This document shows positions 25,638-38,622 of a stretch of 64,000 nucleotides of DNA, piece by piece; positions within the stretch are counted from its first letter, which is position 1, and the number at the start of each line of letters is the position of its first letter. Position numbers and translations under genes: made by a program. The DNA is from Ginglymostoma cirratum. Its lineage: Eukaryota. The notes under the pieces are model-generated. The model did not search any database. It saw only the letters and a program-made list of their open reading frames with translations, and was not told where the DNA came from. The DNA is taken from contig JAHRHZ010000021.1 in assembly GCA_024137785.1 (NCBI GenBank), positions 28,382,985-28,446,984 of the forward strand. The letters run 5' to 3'.

Positions 25638-25988
25638 CCTGGAATGGTTTCTTCTGCCTAATAATAGGTGTTTAAGAATTCTGCAATTACTGCTGTTAAG
25701 CTTAATCACCAGATCATTTGTTACCAAGCGCTGAACATTTGCTGTCTTATATATTTCATGTGAGTGGCAGATTTCTATCCTTGAAAGGAAGGAGTAAACT
25801 TTCAATTACCCTGTCCAAAGATGCCATGCATGTAAGGCTGTTCAATCCTGACACTGTGAAAGTGATAAACTGGGATAATCTCACAGAAAATTCTGCAAAT
25901 ATATTATGCACTTCATTTATTCTTCTATAGTCTGCCTGTTTTTCCCGAGCATCTTTTTTAGAGAGGCATTAAAATAACATCGGATCAC

Positions 25989-26020
25989 CTACAATAAACA
26001 AAACAAAAATCTTGATTAGG
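25989..26020 (-). promoter_or_regulatory. LRRN3: 3' splice site of the LRRN3 coding exon (exon starts at 25988; 351 nt of 5'UTR before the ATG)
   Basis: Minus strand reads CCTAATCAAG-ATTTTTGTTTTGTTTATTGTAG|GTGATCCG: branch-point-like CTAAT, U-rich tract and terminal AG. Confidence 0.75.
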
Positions 26021-28104
26021 CAATGTAAAGTTGTTTATCCATACATTTACAAAGGCTTTAGCTTTGTATATAAACATTTGCATGGTTAATTTGTACTGAG
26101 TAAACATATGTAAATATATTTATGCTGTAGGTATTCAAATAGGGCCAGAGTACAAACTTCCAGAATAGTAAACAAAAGCATATTTGAATGAGTAGCAAAC
26201 TATGTTTGATTAACTTGTACTGTTAACAATATTAATTGAGTCAATAACCTTCAATGTTAAAAAAATGCTTTCAAATGTCCAACATTGTATTTTCCACAAT
26301 AATATAGTGTATAAAACCTGCATTAGCTTTTACAGGATTTTATTACCTGTAAGGAGTCCATTGTTGATTTATTTTTGTAGTACACTCTGGGAAGTCTGAT
26401 AATATTACTTTCATCAGAATTCTGAATTACAAAATAAGTGTTTGCAAAACCAAAGGTTTATCACACAGACAACAAATGGACTACAATAATTCCAGCTTTT
26501 TCAAATGAATTTAAGAAGTGTGATATTACTTTCTCTACTGCACTCAACTATACATCAGAGCATTTGACAGATGATTTTGTGTTTCTCAAAACCATTGACT
26601 TTTCACAAAACAGAGTTCACCTTTTTAAAGTGATTTCATTTAAATGCAGGGACTTAAGTCTGAAGTGTTTTAGGACAGGCACTTCAGTTATGCTTGTACA
26701 ATTTCATGTAGAAAACACAAATGCAAAATGTACAACGGTCTCAGCATCTGTCAGGAGAAAAGGTGGATTAATAATTCCAATGTAAACTCTTCATCACAAC
26801 TGCAAACCGAAAGATAAGCAAGCATTTTGCTGGTGTTTGGAGGAAAATGAGCACAGAGGCATTTTGATGAAATTGCCTGAAAAAAAACTGTTAGGTGCTA
26901 TGAAGGGTGTTTTTTTTAAGAGTGCTTTATCTCCTAATGGAGCAGACATTTTCACCATCTATGTGCACAATACTTTTTTCTCATCTAATGGAAAATGAAA
27001 TTCAGGCAAGTTTTAAATCAGGCTGATGATCTTCCTCTTGGTCTATTACCTGAGTAGGTGGGGGAAAAATAATGACCAGTGTGTTCAGTTAAATATAATA
27101 CTCCTTCCCTTATAAAATACGTTAAATCTAACTTATCCTGAGCAGTGATTTTCTATTAATATGTTAAAAGATAATGCATCAGCATACACATACACATAAC
27201 ATAAAAATGCATACCAAATGTACTTGGTTTTTGAAGCAAAGACAACATTTCAATTTATAAATTTACTAGCCAATAAATAATTGGGACCAAATTTTCCGAA
27301 CCAGTATTAGGACTGAAAAGAGGTATGATTTCAATAAAATAGTACTGGTAGCTTGTGTTCCATTCTGCCATCTCTGCTCCCATCTTTCCTAAGGTGTATG
27401 AAGGACATGCAGAAAATGAAGTTGACTGCCTCATTAATTGAATGGATTGAGATCATTATAGAGCTCATTAAGAGTGATCTTCTGAGAGTTTCATGTGTGT
27501 TGGTGTCTGTTAGGAGTTCTCTGAAGCAGTTGCAACCTGGCTGGAACAGGGGTGGCAGCACTGAAACAATTTTATTCATTTGAAAACAAAATGAAGTTTG
27601 CACAAAACTTGCTTAGCAGCCATGAAATTTTAATTTCCTACTTTATCCTTGGTCCCAGCTCTCAGCATGTTGTGACCACTTTAAAGGTAAAGATTATCTC
27701 ATTCTTTTAAGACCATGCATAAGCAGCAGTCACAGCAATAACTGCTATTTCAATTCTCTGATGTCCTGCTGCTATTCCTGCCGAATAATTGGTGGCAGAC
27801 CCATTTCTAGGATTGTGAATGCTCTAATCCTGTGAAAAGCCAATGCTTCACTACAAGCTTAAATTGATGGTGGCTTTACAAATTGAATACACTTCCCAAC
27901 TCCTGCCTTTGACACAAAAATCTGACCCTTCAGTTCTGAATGATGCAAAAGTTTTGTACATTAATTAGTAATTTTCATATAGCGTAATTATTAAATAGTG
28001 AATGCCTAAGTCATTGCTTGCTTAGAACTAAGACTTTGTAGGTTTCCATTAAGCTCAGTCAAAACTCTGGAGTCTAAATCACAGTATCCTAACATCCTCT
28101 TCAT

Positions 28105-28434
28105 GGGAAGGCAGTGACACACTGGGAATGTCACTGGTCTAGTCATCCAGAGCCCCTGGCTAATTTTATGAGGGCGTGGGTTCAATTCCTGCCATGGCAG
28201 ATGGAGAAATTTGAATTCAATAAAAAACCTGGAATAAAACAATAAAGTCATCTAGTGAAAGCTATGTAGCCATTGTCTGGTTCACTAATGTGTTTTAGGA
28301 AAGAAATTCTCTTCTTATCTGGCCTCACCTTCAAGTGATTCCAGACCCATGTCAATGTGGTTGGCCTTTAACTGTCCTCTGGCCAATTAGGCTATGGGCC
28401 TATTGTTCACATCCCATGAACAAATAAAGAAAAA
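28105..28434 (+). mobile_element. tRNA-derived SINE whose tail matches LINE family 2
   Basis: tRNA-like head with B box GGTTCAATTCC (28179-28189); body shared with 53330-53501 and 55100-55300; tail ...cacatcccatgaacaaataaagaaaaa. Confidence 0.75.
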
Positions 28435-28785
28435 TCCTCTGTACTTGCTTCTGTTCCTGGAGCACCTCCACAGTAAAATTCTTAACTTAATGTTCAAATC
28501 CCTTAATGATTTAGACCTGCTCTGCTTTGTAATCTTCTTAAAAATTCTTCCATCTTTCATAGCCGTGTTCCATATTCCCACAATTATTACCCAAAAGGAT
28601 GTGCCTATCATTTACTTCTCCTCTTTAAGACAGTCATTAAATCCTACCTCTCCTGACCAAACCTTTGGCCATCTGTCCTATGTCTCATTCTTTGACCCAA
28701 TGTCAACTTTTGTCTCATAATGCTCATCTGAGATGCCTTTGGATGATATGCTACATTAAAATTGCTATATAAATGCAATTTGTTA
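28435..28785 (+). mobile_element. L2 LINE 3' end (decayed)
   Basis: ctctcctgaccaaacctttggccatctgtcct...ataatgctc..gctatataaatgcaatttgtt, an L2-type terminus. Confidence 0.55.
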
Positions 28786-29411
28786 ATTTATATGAACAGA
28801 GCTGTACATACCAAGTATTATTGATGTTGTGGAATGACAGCACCTTTCTGTGAAGGATAGAGATTCATTTAAGAAATAGAGAGTAAGTGGGATGAGCTAA
28901 AGGAGTCACGAAGCAATTATATTTATTTTCTGAGAATCTATTTACATATCCATTGCTCTGAGGAGAAAATAACTCTTTCTCTTGGGAATTGTTTCTTGAA
29001 AATCCTCAACGAAATTTAACAACAGGAACTTGTTCTGATACTGCACTTGTTAACTGCAATATTTCTCAAGGTGCTTTATAGAGGAATAACAAGAGGAAAG
29101 ATGCACTGATCCAGGAGATGGTGAGAGAATGTTACGCAACACAATGAACTTTGAGGAGGCAGGAAGAAGTTGCAGAGGTAGGAAGAGGCTGTGGTGACTT
29201 TGAAGCCAAGGATAAGGATGTCAAAGTAAATGGTTTAGGGAAACAAGAACTTTGTGCAGACCAGTGAATATGCAGGCAATAGACAAATCTAATTTAGTAT
29301 GAACAAGTTCTGCTTTGCTTTAGATAGGTTTGTGTTTATGGAGGGTAGCTGACACAAGGCCTGCAAAAAGTGAAATAGAATATGGAAGTGACAAGGGCAG
29401 AGATGGGGAAT

Positions 29412-29550
29412 AGAGATAACACAGTGTGGAGCTGGAGGAACTCAGCAGGCCAGGCAGCATCAGAACAGCAAGAAAGTTGATGTGTTCCTGTGTTCCTCCA
29501 TCTCCACACTATGTTATCTCTGACTCCATCATCTGCAGTTCTTACTATCT
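29412..29550. mobile_element. Fold-back Penelope-like family A insertion with degenerate 14-bp TSD
   Basis: Arms gagataacacagtgtggagctggaggaac / gttcctccatctccacactatgttatctc; flanks CAGAGATGGGGAAT (29398-29411) and CAGAGATAGGAAAT (29551-29564). Confidence 0.7.
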
Positions 29551-30194
29551 CAGAGATAGGAAATGTTGCGGAAATAGCAGAAAGTCTGTTTCTTGACATT
29601 CAAGTTAAAATATCATAGAGAATCATTGAATCATACATCTTACTCTTAATTTGACAATCTAACTATCTGTAAAACTTACTGTTGCTGAATTTGAGACACA
29701 GGATGGCCTATTAAAAGTTATTTCATTTAAAGCAAGTTTAATAACTTAGATATTGCAAATCCAGTAATAAACATTTTGACCACTTATTCTCCCCAGGTAA
29801 GAGCCTAATTATATGTTGTTTCATAGGTTGAGCAATCACACAGCATGATCACTACTTCTCAGTGCACATTATTAGCACCTTGTTGTGGTTGCTATGCAAC
29901 AATCAGGCAACCTGTGGCAGTGTCTTCACTGGTGCTAATAATATGAAATGGTGTTACTTTGCAGTGTCTGTCAAGGGAGTCAGATGCACAGTATACCAGC
30001 TAAAGATATGTAAGGTATCTAGACAGGTGCCAGTAAGATCAAAATGTGACTTGTTAATGCTGCCTGCCATAGGAGTCAGTGCCCAAGCATTGTCGTTTGA
30101 GATTATAACAGCAAAAATTAAAACAGGTTTTAATCTGAGAATGTAAGTATCTTCACAAATCCATGTACAAGTAATGATGTTGTGATTTTTAAAC

Positions 30195-31690
30195 ATTTTA
30201 CTGACAGAATGTGAACATCGCTGACAAGGCCAGCATTTATTTGCCATTCCTAATTGCCTTTGAGAGGATAGTGGTGAACCATGTTGAACCTCTGCAGCAT
30301 TGGTGGTGTATGTACACCTACAGTGCTGTTACAGAGGAACTTCCCAGGATTTTGACTTCGTGTTGTGATTTCCCCATTTCTCAAATAGGTCTGAAGCAGG
30401 GGGGAAGCTGATGGTCAACTGGTGTACACAGAAAGAAAAACCAGTAAAACTTGCAAATGGTACATACCAGTCCACTCCAACTCTACATGAAGAGTTGCTA
30501 TATTCTTCAAAATATAGCTCCTTTATTTCATTTCCAAGTATGAATGTGTATTTTCTCTATGGTAAGAAATCCATCAGATCTTCTAGTGATCAGGCAGCTG
30601 ATAGGCTCCTTGCAGGTATTAGTACTCCAGACCAGGAGATCCTGCCCACCTGGAGCTGCAGCTAGTTAAAGGCAGCTTAACAGCTGAGTTGTGGTTGCTG
30701 TAAGGACAGCCCCAGCCCCACCCTGCTTCCCAGGATGGAGGATCACTGTCAGGAAAGGGAAGTTTTGTTAAGGGAAGGGTAGTGATGTTTCTGGGGTTGT
30801 GGTGGTTCGCAGGGAGAGGGGTTAGAATCAAGGGAAATCCTGGGTCCAGCCTGTTGGTCTTGCATTAATCAGTGCAGATTAAGAGACACACTACCCTCTC
30901 CCCACAAAGTGACAGCCTATTTGTACTAGGTTACCAGTCAGGTAGGCCAACTCCTTCTCTTCCCATCTGGAGTTAAGTCATTAATTGACCACTTCACAGC
31001 CTCAACTGAAGGCATAATAACAAGGTGGAACTTAGACCTTCTCAAACAGAATTTCATTAAAGCATGGTTGGGTAGACCCAAGTTGAGTTCTGGTCTGCCA
31101 TCAACCCATCTAATTAAGTTGACTTCTCACCTTTTAGGCCTGGGAGATTATACCCCACAAAAGGGAAGGTACAGCAATGCATTTCCACGTCAGGATGGTG
31201 TGTGCTTGGAGGGAAATGTACGGGTGGTATTGTTCTCATGCACCTGCTGCATGTGTCCTCCAAGGAGGAGAGACCTTGAGTTTGGAAAGTGCTGTTAAAA
31301 GAACCTTGGTGAATTTTTTGAATGTACTGGTGGTGGAGGGACTGTAAGTTGGTGGATGGGCTGCCAATTGGGTCGGCTGCTTTTACCTGTAAGATGTCGG
31401 GTTTCTTGGGTATTGGAGCTACATTCATTCAGGCAAATGGAGAAAATGCCGTCACACTCCTAATCTGTGCCTCAAAGATGGTTGATGTTCTTTGGGAAGT
31501 CGGTATGTGAGTTACTTGCTGCAGAACCCCTAGCCTCTGACCTGTTCTTACAACCACTCTTGTGGTTGGTCCAAATTGGTCTCTGGTCAATAGTAACTAC
31601 TAGGATATGGGGCATTTAGTGATAGTAATGCCAAATGGATGGTTAGATTCTCTCTTATTGGAGATGGTCATTGTCTGGCACTTGAGTGAT
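30195..31690 (-). mobile_element. CR1-group LINE family 2, 3' part, split by an ~800-bp insertion (about 30358-31155)
   Basis: LINE homology (compared with 39360-40620) stops at ccaggattttgac and resumes at ..aagggaaggtacagcaatgcatttccacgtcaggatgg. Confidence 0.7.
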
Positions 31691-32297
31691 GCTGGTGTTG
31701 TATAGGTTAGTTTTGTTTTCTGATTAAAGTAGATACAAGACCAGCAACAAAACATCATAGTTATGAAATCACTGACAAATTCTTCACCAATTTATCTAGG
31801 AATGTACTATTACAAGGCTGACTTACAAATCTACAATTAATCTAACTATGAGAGCATAGCATCAGAAAGAGAAATGAAAAACATGTAGAATAATAAGCAA
31901 AAAAGCATAATAAATAGCATTTGGAATTTTCCTTTCAAAATTATATGTTTTAAAATTGAATGAAAGATAAAATAAAAACAAATGTATAAATACATTTTGA
32001 AAACTAAAATATGTGTATAACAATGGATTGGATTCTAGTCCAACTAAACTATGTTATGACAAACTCTGTCACGTGCCCTGTTTAATCACATAGTCATTTG
32101 TTTCCACAGACTTATCTGTTATGTTTCCATTCTGATTTGCCACACAAGTAGAAGTGGTATATTTAGAGGAAAAGACCATCAGAAATGATACCTACTTCAC
32201 CTTATACTTGGATAAATCTAAAAAAAACTTGCCATTTAAACATGTTAATTTGTAGCTGTCCCATTGGTTTTTGTGCATAAACAAATCATATGATTTG

Positions 32298-32400
32298 AAA
32301 CAAAGACAGATGTTGCTAGAGAAACTTGGCAGGTCTAGCAGTAAATATGGGAAGAAAGCACAGTTAACGTTTCAAGTCTTGTGACTCTTCACAGAACTGG
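32298..32400 (-). mobile_element. Penelope-like remnant with decayed hammerhead motif
   Basis: Minus strand: cagtt-CTGTGA-a-gagtc-acaa-gactt-GAAA-c-GTT-aactg. Stems I and II pair; one core A is missing. Confidence 0.6.
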
Positions 32401-34894
32401 TGCTTTGCTTTGATAGTGAGCCATATGGGCAGGGAAAATCCCAGGGTCTGTTTGTGATTTCTGCTGAGATACCAGGATAGCCTAAGGGGCTGAACAGTTG
32501 CCTCAAGTGTTCTGAGATGTTACAAAGGAAAATAAAAAGATGGTTAAAAAGATCAATGTTGCTCCAGCTGACTGCAGTCTGCCTTCAAATATGTGTGCTG
32601 CTGCATGTTAGATACTGAAGTTAAAAAAAAGCACAACCAGCAGATTAACAAAGAAAAATAAACATTAAAATTTTCTCATCGAGAGATTTTGTAGTATTTT
32701 TGGACAACCATGTATCTTGTGGAGCTTTATATTGCGATGATCTTAGCTGATTGTTATTCCTGGACAAGTCAGATTCCTGAATAAAATCTGGTTTGATAGA
32801 TAAAAAAAAGTTAGTTAACATGGTGGTCAGCCACTGAGACATATTCACATGAGACTGCAGACTTCCTATAACAACGGAATGGAATTTTATTATTTTTATA
32901 TAACAATAGTAATTTATACTGACAGTGTCTTTGCTGTGGACTGTGGAGACTATGCGATGAGTTTTTTTTCCCCAAATCTGCCAACATGAACTCATTCACA
33001 GTGGTGAGAGACTAAACTTTCTCAGCTTTAGTAACCGCAGATTTCTAACCAAATGCTCCCGGTTTCGAAGTTTCACAAAATAAATTTTTCCAGTGAGGTG
33101 ATTGTGTTTTCCCTGAACTGTTCTATCCTCCTTTAAGAAGAGAAAACTTGCTTCTGACCCCAGCCAGGTCTCTGCCAAACTGTCCCAAAAAAATTCAGTC
33201 TCTGGATTTTATAAACTAAAGTCAGTCGTTGATTATTCTGAACTGAAAACAAGCTAATGCTCTTCACTGTTTGCCCTACCTGTCATAAACTCCACCATAC
33301 AAGCATCTGATTCCATTAATACTCCAGAGATTCACTGTCATCTGCTCTGCAACATATCTGGATTAGGTCACTGTTCCAGAAAGACTGTCTAACCATGTTT
33401 TTTTTAAAAAGACTATCCTATTTGTATTTAGAAACAGAATTTCTTTCTATCAAAGAAAAAAGAATGTGCTCATCATGGAAATCCTTCATATACTAACAAA
33501 AAGTATATTCCTTGCCAATTCACAAATCAGATACCTGAACTTGGTATCATTTCACTGGGTATTTGAAAGACACAACCTAACACAACAAACTCAGATAGTA
33601 AAATCAACAGCACAATAGCTTTACATACAGTTGCCATACAAATTTCAAAATGGTGTGATTCTACACTGTTTACTTTTTTCAGTTAATTAATTTAAATTTT
33701 CAGTTAAACCAAGTGACTTCAATGTTTTTGTTTGGCTTATTACAAAACCTATTTCCTCCGCAGTACTAGGCATTCATCTGTTGATATCATTTTTTAAAAT
33801 AAATTGGGCAGTGTTCTGGGTGTAAAGGGCCATGTTGTACAGAAGCTACACTGTGACTGTATGAGGCTGGTTTGATGGTTTCTCACTCCCTTGTTTTAAC
33901 ATGATCTTTCTTATTGGCACAAATTTAGATCTGTATGTTTTGGCTTCGGTGGCATCACTTGCCCTGAGGATTTTACTTTTGTGGGAATGACTCAAACTGC
34001 CCTTTGGGTCCTTGAACAATAAGATTACCCAAGGTCTAGTAATCATTCCAGCTTTGACCTCAACTAAATATCTGTTTTCATAAAATTTTCTTTAATTTCT
34101 GCAATGGAAAACCAGAGAACCACCTGTTAAGACAAAGCTTGATACAAAACATTTTATTGATCTGAAGTCAAAATGTGTTTGATAATGCTCCTGTGAAGCA
34201 CCTTGTATGTTTTACTACACTAAGATGCTGTGTTGTTTTAAAATCCGATTATTCTGCCACAAAATCCCCTTTATGGTGGCGTCCCTGTCTATCTTGTTCA
34301 GAGACATTCAGAGGTCAAAGAACTTTACAAATCAATGCATACAAGCAATTTTGTAACTACTTTAATAAGCTGACATTGCTTAAATTTGAGAAAAAAAAGA
34401 TTTAACGTAGCATTAGCGTTTAAAATGTTAATCACATTCCACCTTTTTAAAACTCACAAGACCAGGCTTTAATTTTAAAAAAACAAACTATTTAACATAG
34501 AAAATAATCAAAAATGATCTGAACCATGACAGTAGGCTTCCTAGAAATTATGGACTGAAATGAGGGCTTTTAACTGTACATTGTAAAACTTGATAATGTT
34601 CTCTTGGAACATTTCTTTGTATTTATTATTAATTAAAGGTTAGTGAGTTACAAACCTTGATCATAGATAATAAATAAATGTAATGGTTCCCTCCAACTTA
34701 CTGTTTTCTTAAACTGCTCCCCACTTCCAAGTTGAACAAGAAACTTTTACTTTCCTCCAACTTCATTTGCTGGAGAAGAAAATAATTCCACAGTTTACAT
34801 CACCCATATACTTAATCATATTCTAAAGTATGCAACGTACTAATTTCCTCTAATGCTAAAGCTATTGAACACACAACTTTGTAGTTAAATGGAT

Positions 34895-35420
34895 AGCAGA
34901 CAGTGTCCAAGGTCAAACCATCATCGACTGCTTCGTCAATGATCTTCGTCTAACATAAGGTCAGAAGGAGGACATTCGCTGATGATTGCACAATGATCAG
35001 CACCATACAGAAATGCCTAAATAAAATCCAGCTTGCGCTGATAGATCGCAAGTAACATTTGAGCCACACAGGTGCCAGGCAATGACCATCTCCAACAAGA
35101 GAGAATCTAACCATCACTCCTTGCCATTCAATGTCATAATCATTGCTGAATATCACTGACCGGAAACTGAGTTGACCTAGCCACTTAAGTAATGTGGTTT
35201 CAAGAGCAGATCAGAGGCTTGGAATCCTGCAGCTAGTAACTCACGTCCTGACTCCCAAAGCCAATTCTCCACGTACAAGCCATAATTCAGGAGCATGATG
35301 GAATACACCCCATTTGTCTGGGTGAATGCAGCTCCAACAACATTCAAGAAGCTTGATACCATCCAGGACAACACAACCCCCTTGACTTGCACTAGATCCA
35401 CAGACATTCACTTCCCTACC
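34895..35420 (+). mobile_element. CR1-group LINE family 2 RT fragment
   Basis: ttcgctgatgattgcacaatg (FADDCTM) ... gcaatgaccatctccaacaagagagaatctaacc. Confidence 0.75.
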
Positions 35421-35984
35421 TCTTGTCTCATCAATGAATTATAAACAAACTGTCCATTGCAATACCCTAGTGAAGGGTGAGCCCAAGGTTCACTTGACAG
35501 TCAATGATCACGTCCAGAGTTTCATTCAATGATGTGCTCATTTGAACTTATTCAGAAAAATCACTCATTCAAAAAGCACTTCTCACAGAATTTGGCAGCT
35601 TCTCAAATTCTTGCCTTGGCTCAACTCTTTGGTTATTTGTTGCTCTCCCCTTTACATAAGCTTCCTCTTGAATTTTACTCTGATCTACTCCTTTAGTCCA
35701 CAAAATTCAGAAAGAAGAATGATCTCCTTCCAGTAACATGTTTTTTGAAATTTATTGATGGTGTGTTGTTTTGCAACAATCCTCACATACACACAATATG
35801 CATTTGTGGTTCAAAAGTACGATTTGGTGTTGCCAATTTTGTGCTAAGTAGTTTCTCACGATCGGTGCCACTGGTCACAAACAAAAAAGAACTGCAGTCC
35901 TCTGTAGCCCGGGGTGCACCTTTTTTTCTGGTGAGTATCTTCTCAAACACAGTTTGTGACTCAGGAATCATATGGTTTGTGGAC

Positions 35985-36815
35985 ACTGAATGTTGCCGCA
36001 AAATTTGGCAAAGTGCCAGCTCATGGCCGATGCCATCTGTTGCCTGAAAATGGTAGTGCTCAGACCTGACATCCTGTCCGCTCATACCCCTGCTCAGACA
36101 GAATTTCACATTGGCCTCTGTCAGGAGCCCATGCCCTTCAACCTGAGCCACCCGTTAGCTATGTGTAGTGTGTTTTTGCATCATGCAAAGAGGCATTTGT
36201 TTTGTACATGCTGCTGCTGAATACCATCCACCTTGACTCATACGTTTGCTGCCCAGAAATGCCTGGTGTGCTTATTTGCTGTTGGGTGGTGGGGATCCCC
36301 GGTGGAGGACGCTGTATTTGGGAGTCCTCCCATTTTCCATCGGGGACCTGGGGTGGAGGGTATTGCATGCAGCAGCCCCACGTAACCGCAGATTGTGCAA
36401 TTCACAAACTCCAAGCCAATTGTTTATTTTGTAGCACTGTGGAGTCCATGGACCATGTATATATTGGCTATGGGTGTTTGCACCCCCATTTTTTGTTATT
36501 TGAAAAATATTTTGCTGTGTTTTTGGCTGCACTTCAGTTCCATGCTCCTGCTCTTTGGACATTCGGTGCAGAGGGATGTGGGCTGATCGCACGAACTCTT
36601 TGTGGGCCGACTCCTAGGCCTGGCTATAAGTAGGTCCAGGGAGCAGGCTCTGGAGGGGGTCATCTCTGCTGACTGTCTGCCTCTCTTCTGCAGTTATGTT
36701 TGTGCCCAGGCATCCTTGGAGAAGGAGCTCTCATTGTACTCTCGATGGCTTTAGAGAGAGGTGGGCATTGCAGGGGATAGTGCTTTATCTCTCCCTCCAA
36801 CCCCATTTTGATTTA
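35985..36815 (+). mobile_element. Tx1-like (L1 clade) LINE, ORF2 C-terminus, frameshifted
   Basis: Fragments join to LYMLLLNTIHL..GGGDPRWRTLYLGVLPFSIGDLGWRVLHAA..ANCLFCSTVESMDHVYI..YLKNILLCFWLHFSSMLLLFGH: the DLxWRVLH and CxxC..H zinc-knuckle region of Tx1/L1 ORF2. Confidence 0.8.
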
Positions 36816-38060
36816 GTCCTTTCCTGGTCACCTTTCTGTTCTGTGCTAATTCTGCTATTGTTTTTAAAATAATTCCCTGTTCATTTAAAATCTTTCTTTG
36901 ACACAAGTTCTGCATCTTTTCCATTCTTGATGTTGGGCCAATGACCTGCTTCTGCTAAAGCACCTAAACCACTTAGGATGGAAGTTTTCACTCAAGATTG
37001 AAATGAGTGGCTTGAGATGGTGATCATATTCCTTCAACTCTTTTTGCTCCCTCTACAAAGAAGGAAGCTGGATCAGAGACCTTTAAAAATAACAGAAAAC
37101 ATCACTTGCTGATAGTGTTTAATTCAGTAAGATGCAGACCTCACAAACGTAACTCTTCCCTGACCATTTCCTGAGACAACATTTTGAGTCTGAGCATAAA
37201 AGCTGTCTTTATTAACTTTGCTGTATGGAAAACAGGCAGGTATCAAGCTGGATTCAAAGCATGATTATGAGCTTCACTTCATCGTGTATTGATATCTGGA
37301 TAATGGAACGAGTGTAAATTTTAAGGTAGTTTTTCAAATGTTGAAGCTGTGCTGCCTTTAGAATCACATTTTTTTGCCTAATTTCATATGCTCCTTCAGA
37401 ATTAAAATACTTATTACTGGTGTTAGAGCACAATAGTGAATTTAGCTATAACCTGTGCCCTGGGCGAAGATGAGACAGGTTACTGAGCTAGTGGACATAT
37501 ATTTGAATCCCAAAAACAAGCCAAAGCTGAACACCTGCTTTAAAATAAGCTGACAGGTGAAACACAGCTGACAATAAAGCTCCTGATACAAGGTGTAGCT
37601 GCATTTGACTCTTCTTGCAAGGATGAGGTCCACTCATAAATGAATAACGTTTCTTTTATAAGTTACTGACTGGAGATAGGATTGCTGAAAACCTAAGATT
37701 TAGTTTCTAAGGAGGTCTGGGTGTATCTGTATAGAATTTTGATTTTTGATATGTTTGGTACATTTTTGAACTTAATGTTTTTGAATTCAATTTCAGCTTT
37801 AGGGGTTGCCTTAAATAGTTTGCAGGATCCATTTACTTTCACTGGAAATCTAACCATTGAATTAACAAACATGCAACGCACTGCAGGTTTGAAAGATAAT
37901 ACTAGTTTACTGCTCTCTTTTTTTTCTTATCCTGTATTTGATGGCAGGCCAGAGCTAGATAGGAAGTTATCTGACTAAATTTTTTAAAATTTACTTAACT
38001 TTGGGAGGAATCAGACATAGTTGAAACCAGTTAAACTAAACATGCAAATCAACTGATACA

Positions 38061-38622
38061 GAGATAAAAGGTACTGCAGATGCTGGAGAATCCGAGATAA
38101 CAAGCATGGGGCTGGATGAACACAGCAGGTCAAGCAGCATCATAGGAGNNNNNNNNNNNNNNNNNNNNNNNNNNNNNNNNNNNNNNNNNNNNNNNNNNNN
38201 NNNNNNNNNNNNNNNNNNNNNNNNNNNNNNNNNNNNNNNNNNNNNNNNNNNNNNNNNNNNNNNNNNNNNNNNNNNNNNNNNNNNNNNNNNNNNNNNNNNN
38301 NNNNNNNNNNNNNNNNNNNNNNNNNNNNNNNNNNNNNNNNNNNNNNNNNNNNNNNNNNNNNNNNNNNNNNNNNNNNNNNNNNNNNNNNNNNNNNNNNNNN
38401 NNNNNNNNNNNNNNNNNNNNNNNNNNNNNNNNNNNNNNNNNNNNNNNNNNNNNNNNNNNNNNNNNNNNNNNNNNNNNNNNNNNNNNNNNNNNNNNNNNNN
38501 NNNNNNNNNNNNNNNNNNNNNNNNNNNNNNNNNNNNNNNNNNNNNNNNCCCGAAACGTCAAGTTTTCCTGCTCCTATGATGCTGCTTGACCTGCTGTGTT
38601 CATCCAGCCCCATGCTTGTTAT
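38061..38622. mobile_element. Young inverted-repeat Penelope-like family A insertion spanning the assembly gap
   Basis: 38097-38148 is the exact reverse complement of 38571-38622; cccGAAAcGTC hammerhead 3' half at 38549-38559. Confidence 0.75.
38149..38548. other. Assembly gap (400 N)
   Basis: Run of N. Confidence 1.

Noticed and set aside
25638-25805. 56-codon N-terminal extension of LRRN3 in the ORF track (765 aa)
   Set aside because: It starts at TTG, resembles no LRRN protein I know and would bury the signal peptide. The ATG at 25637 matches the orthologous start.
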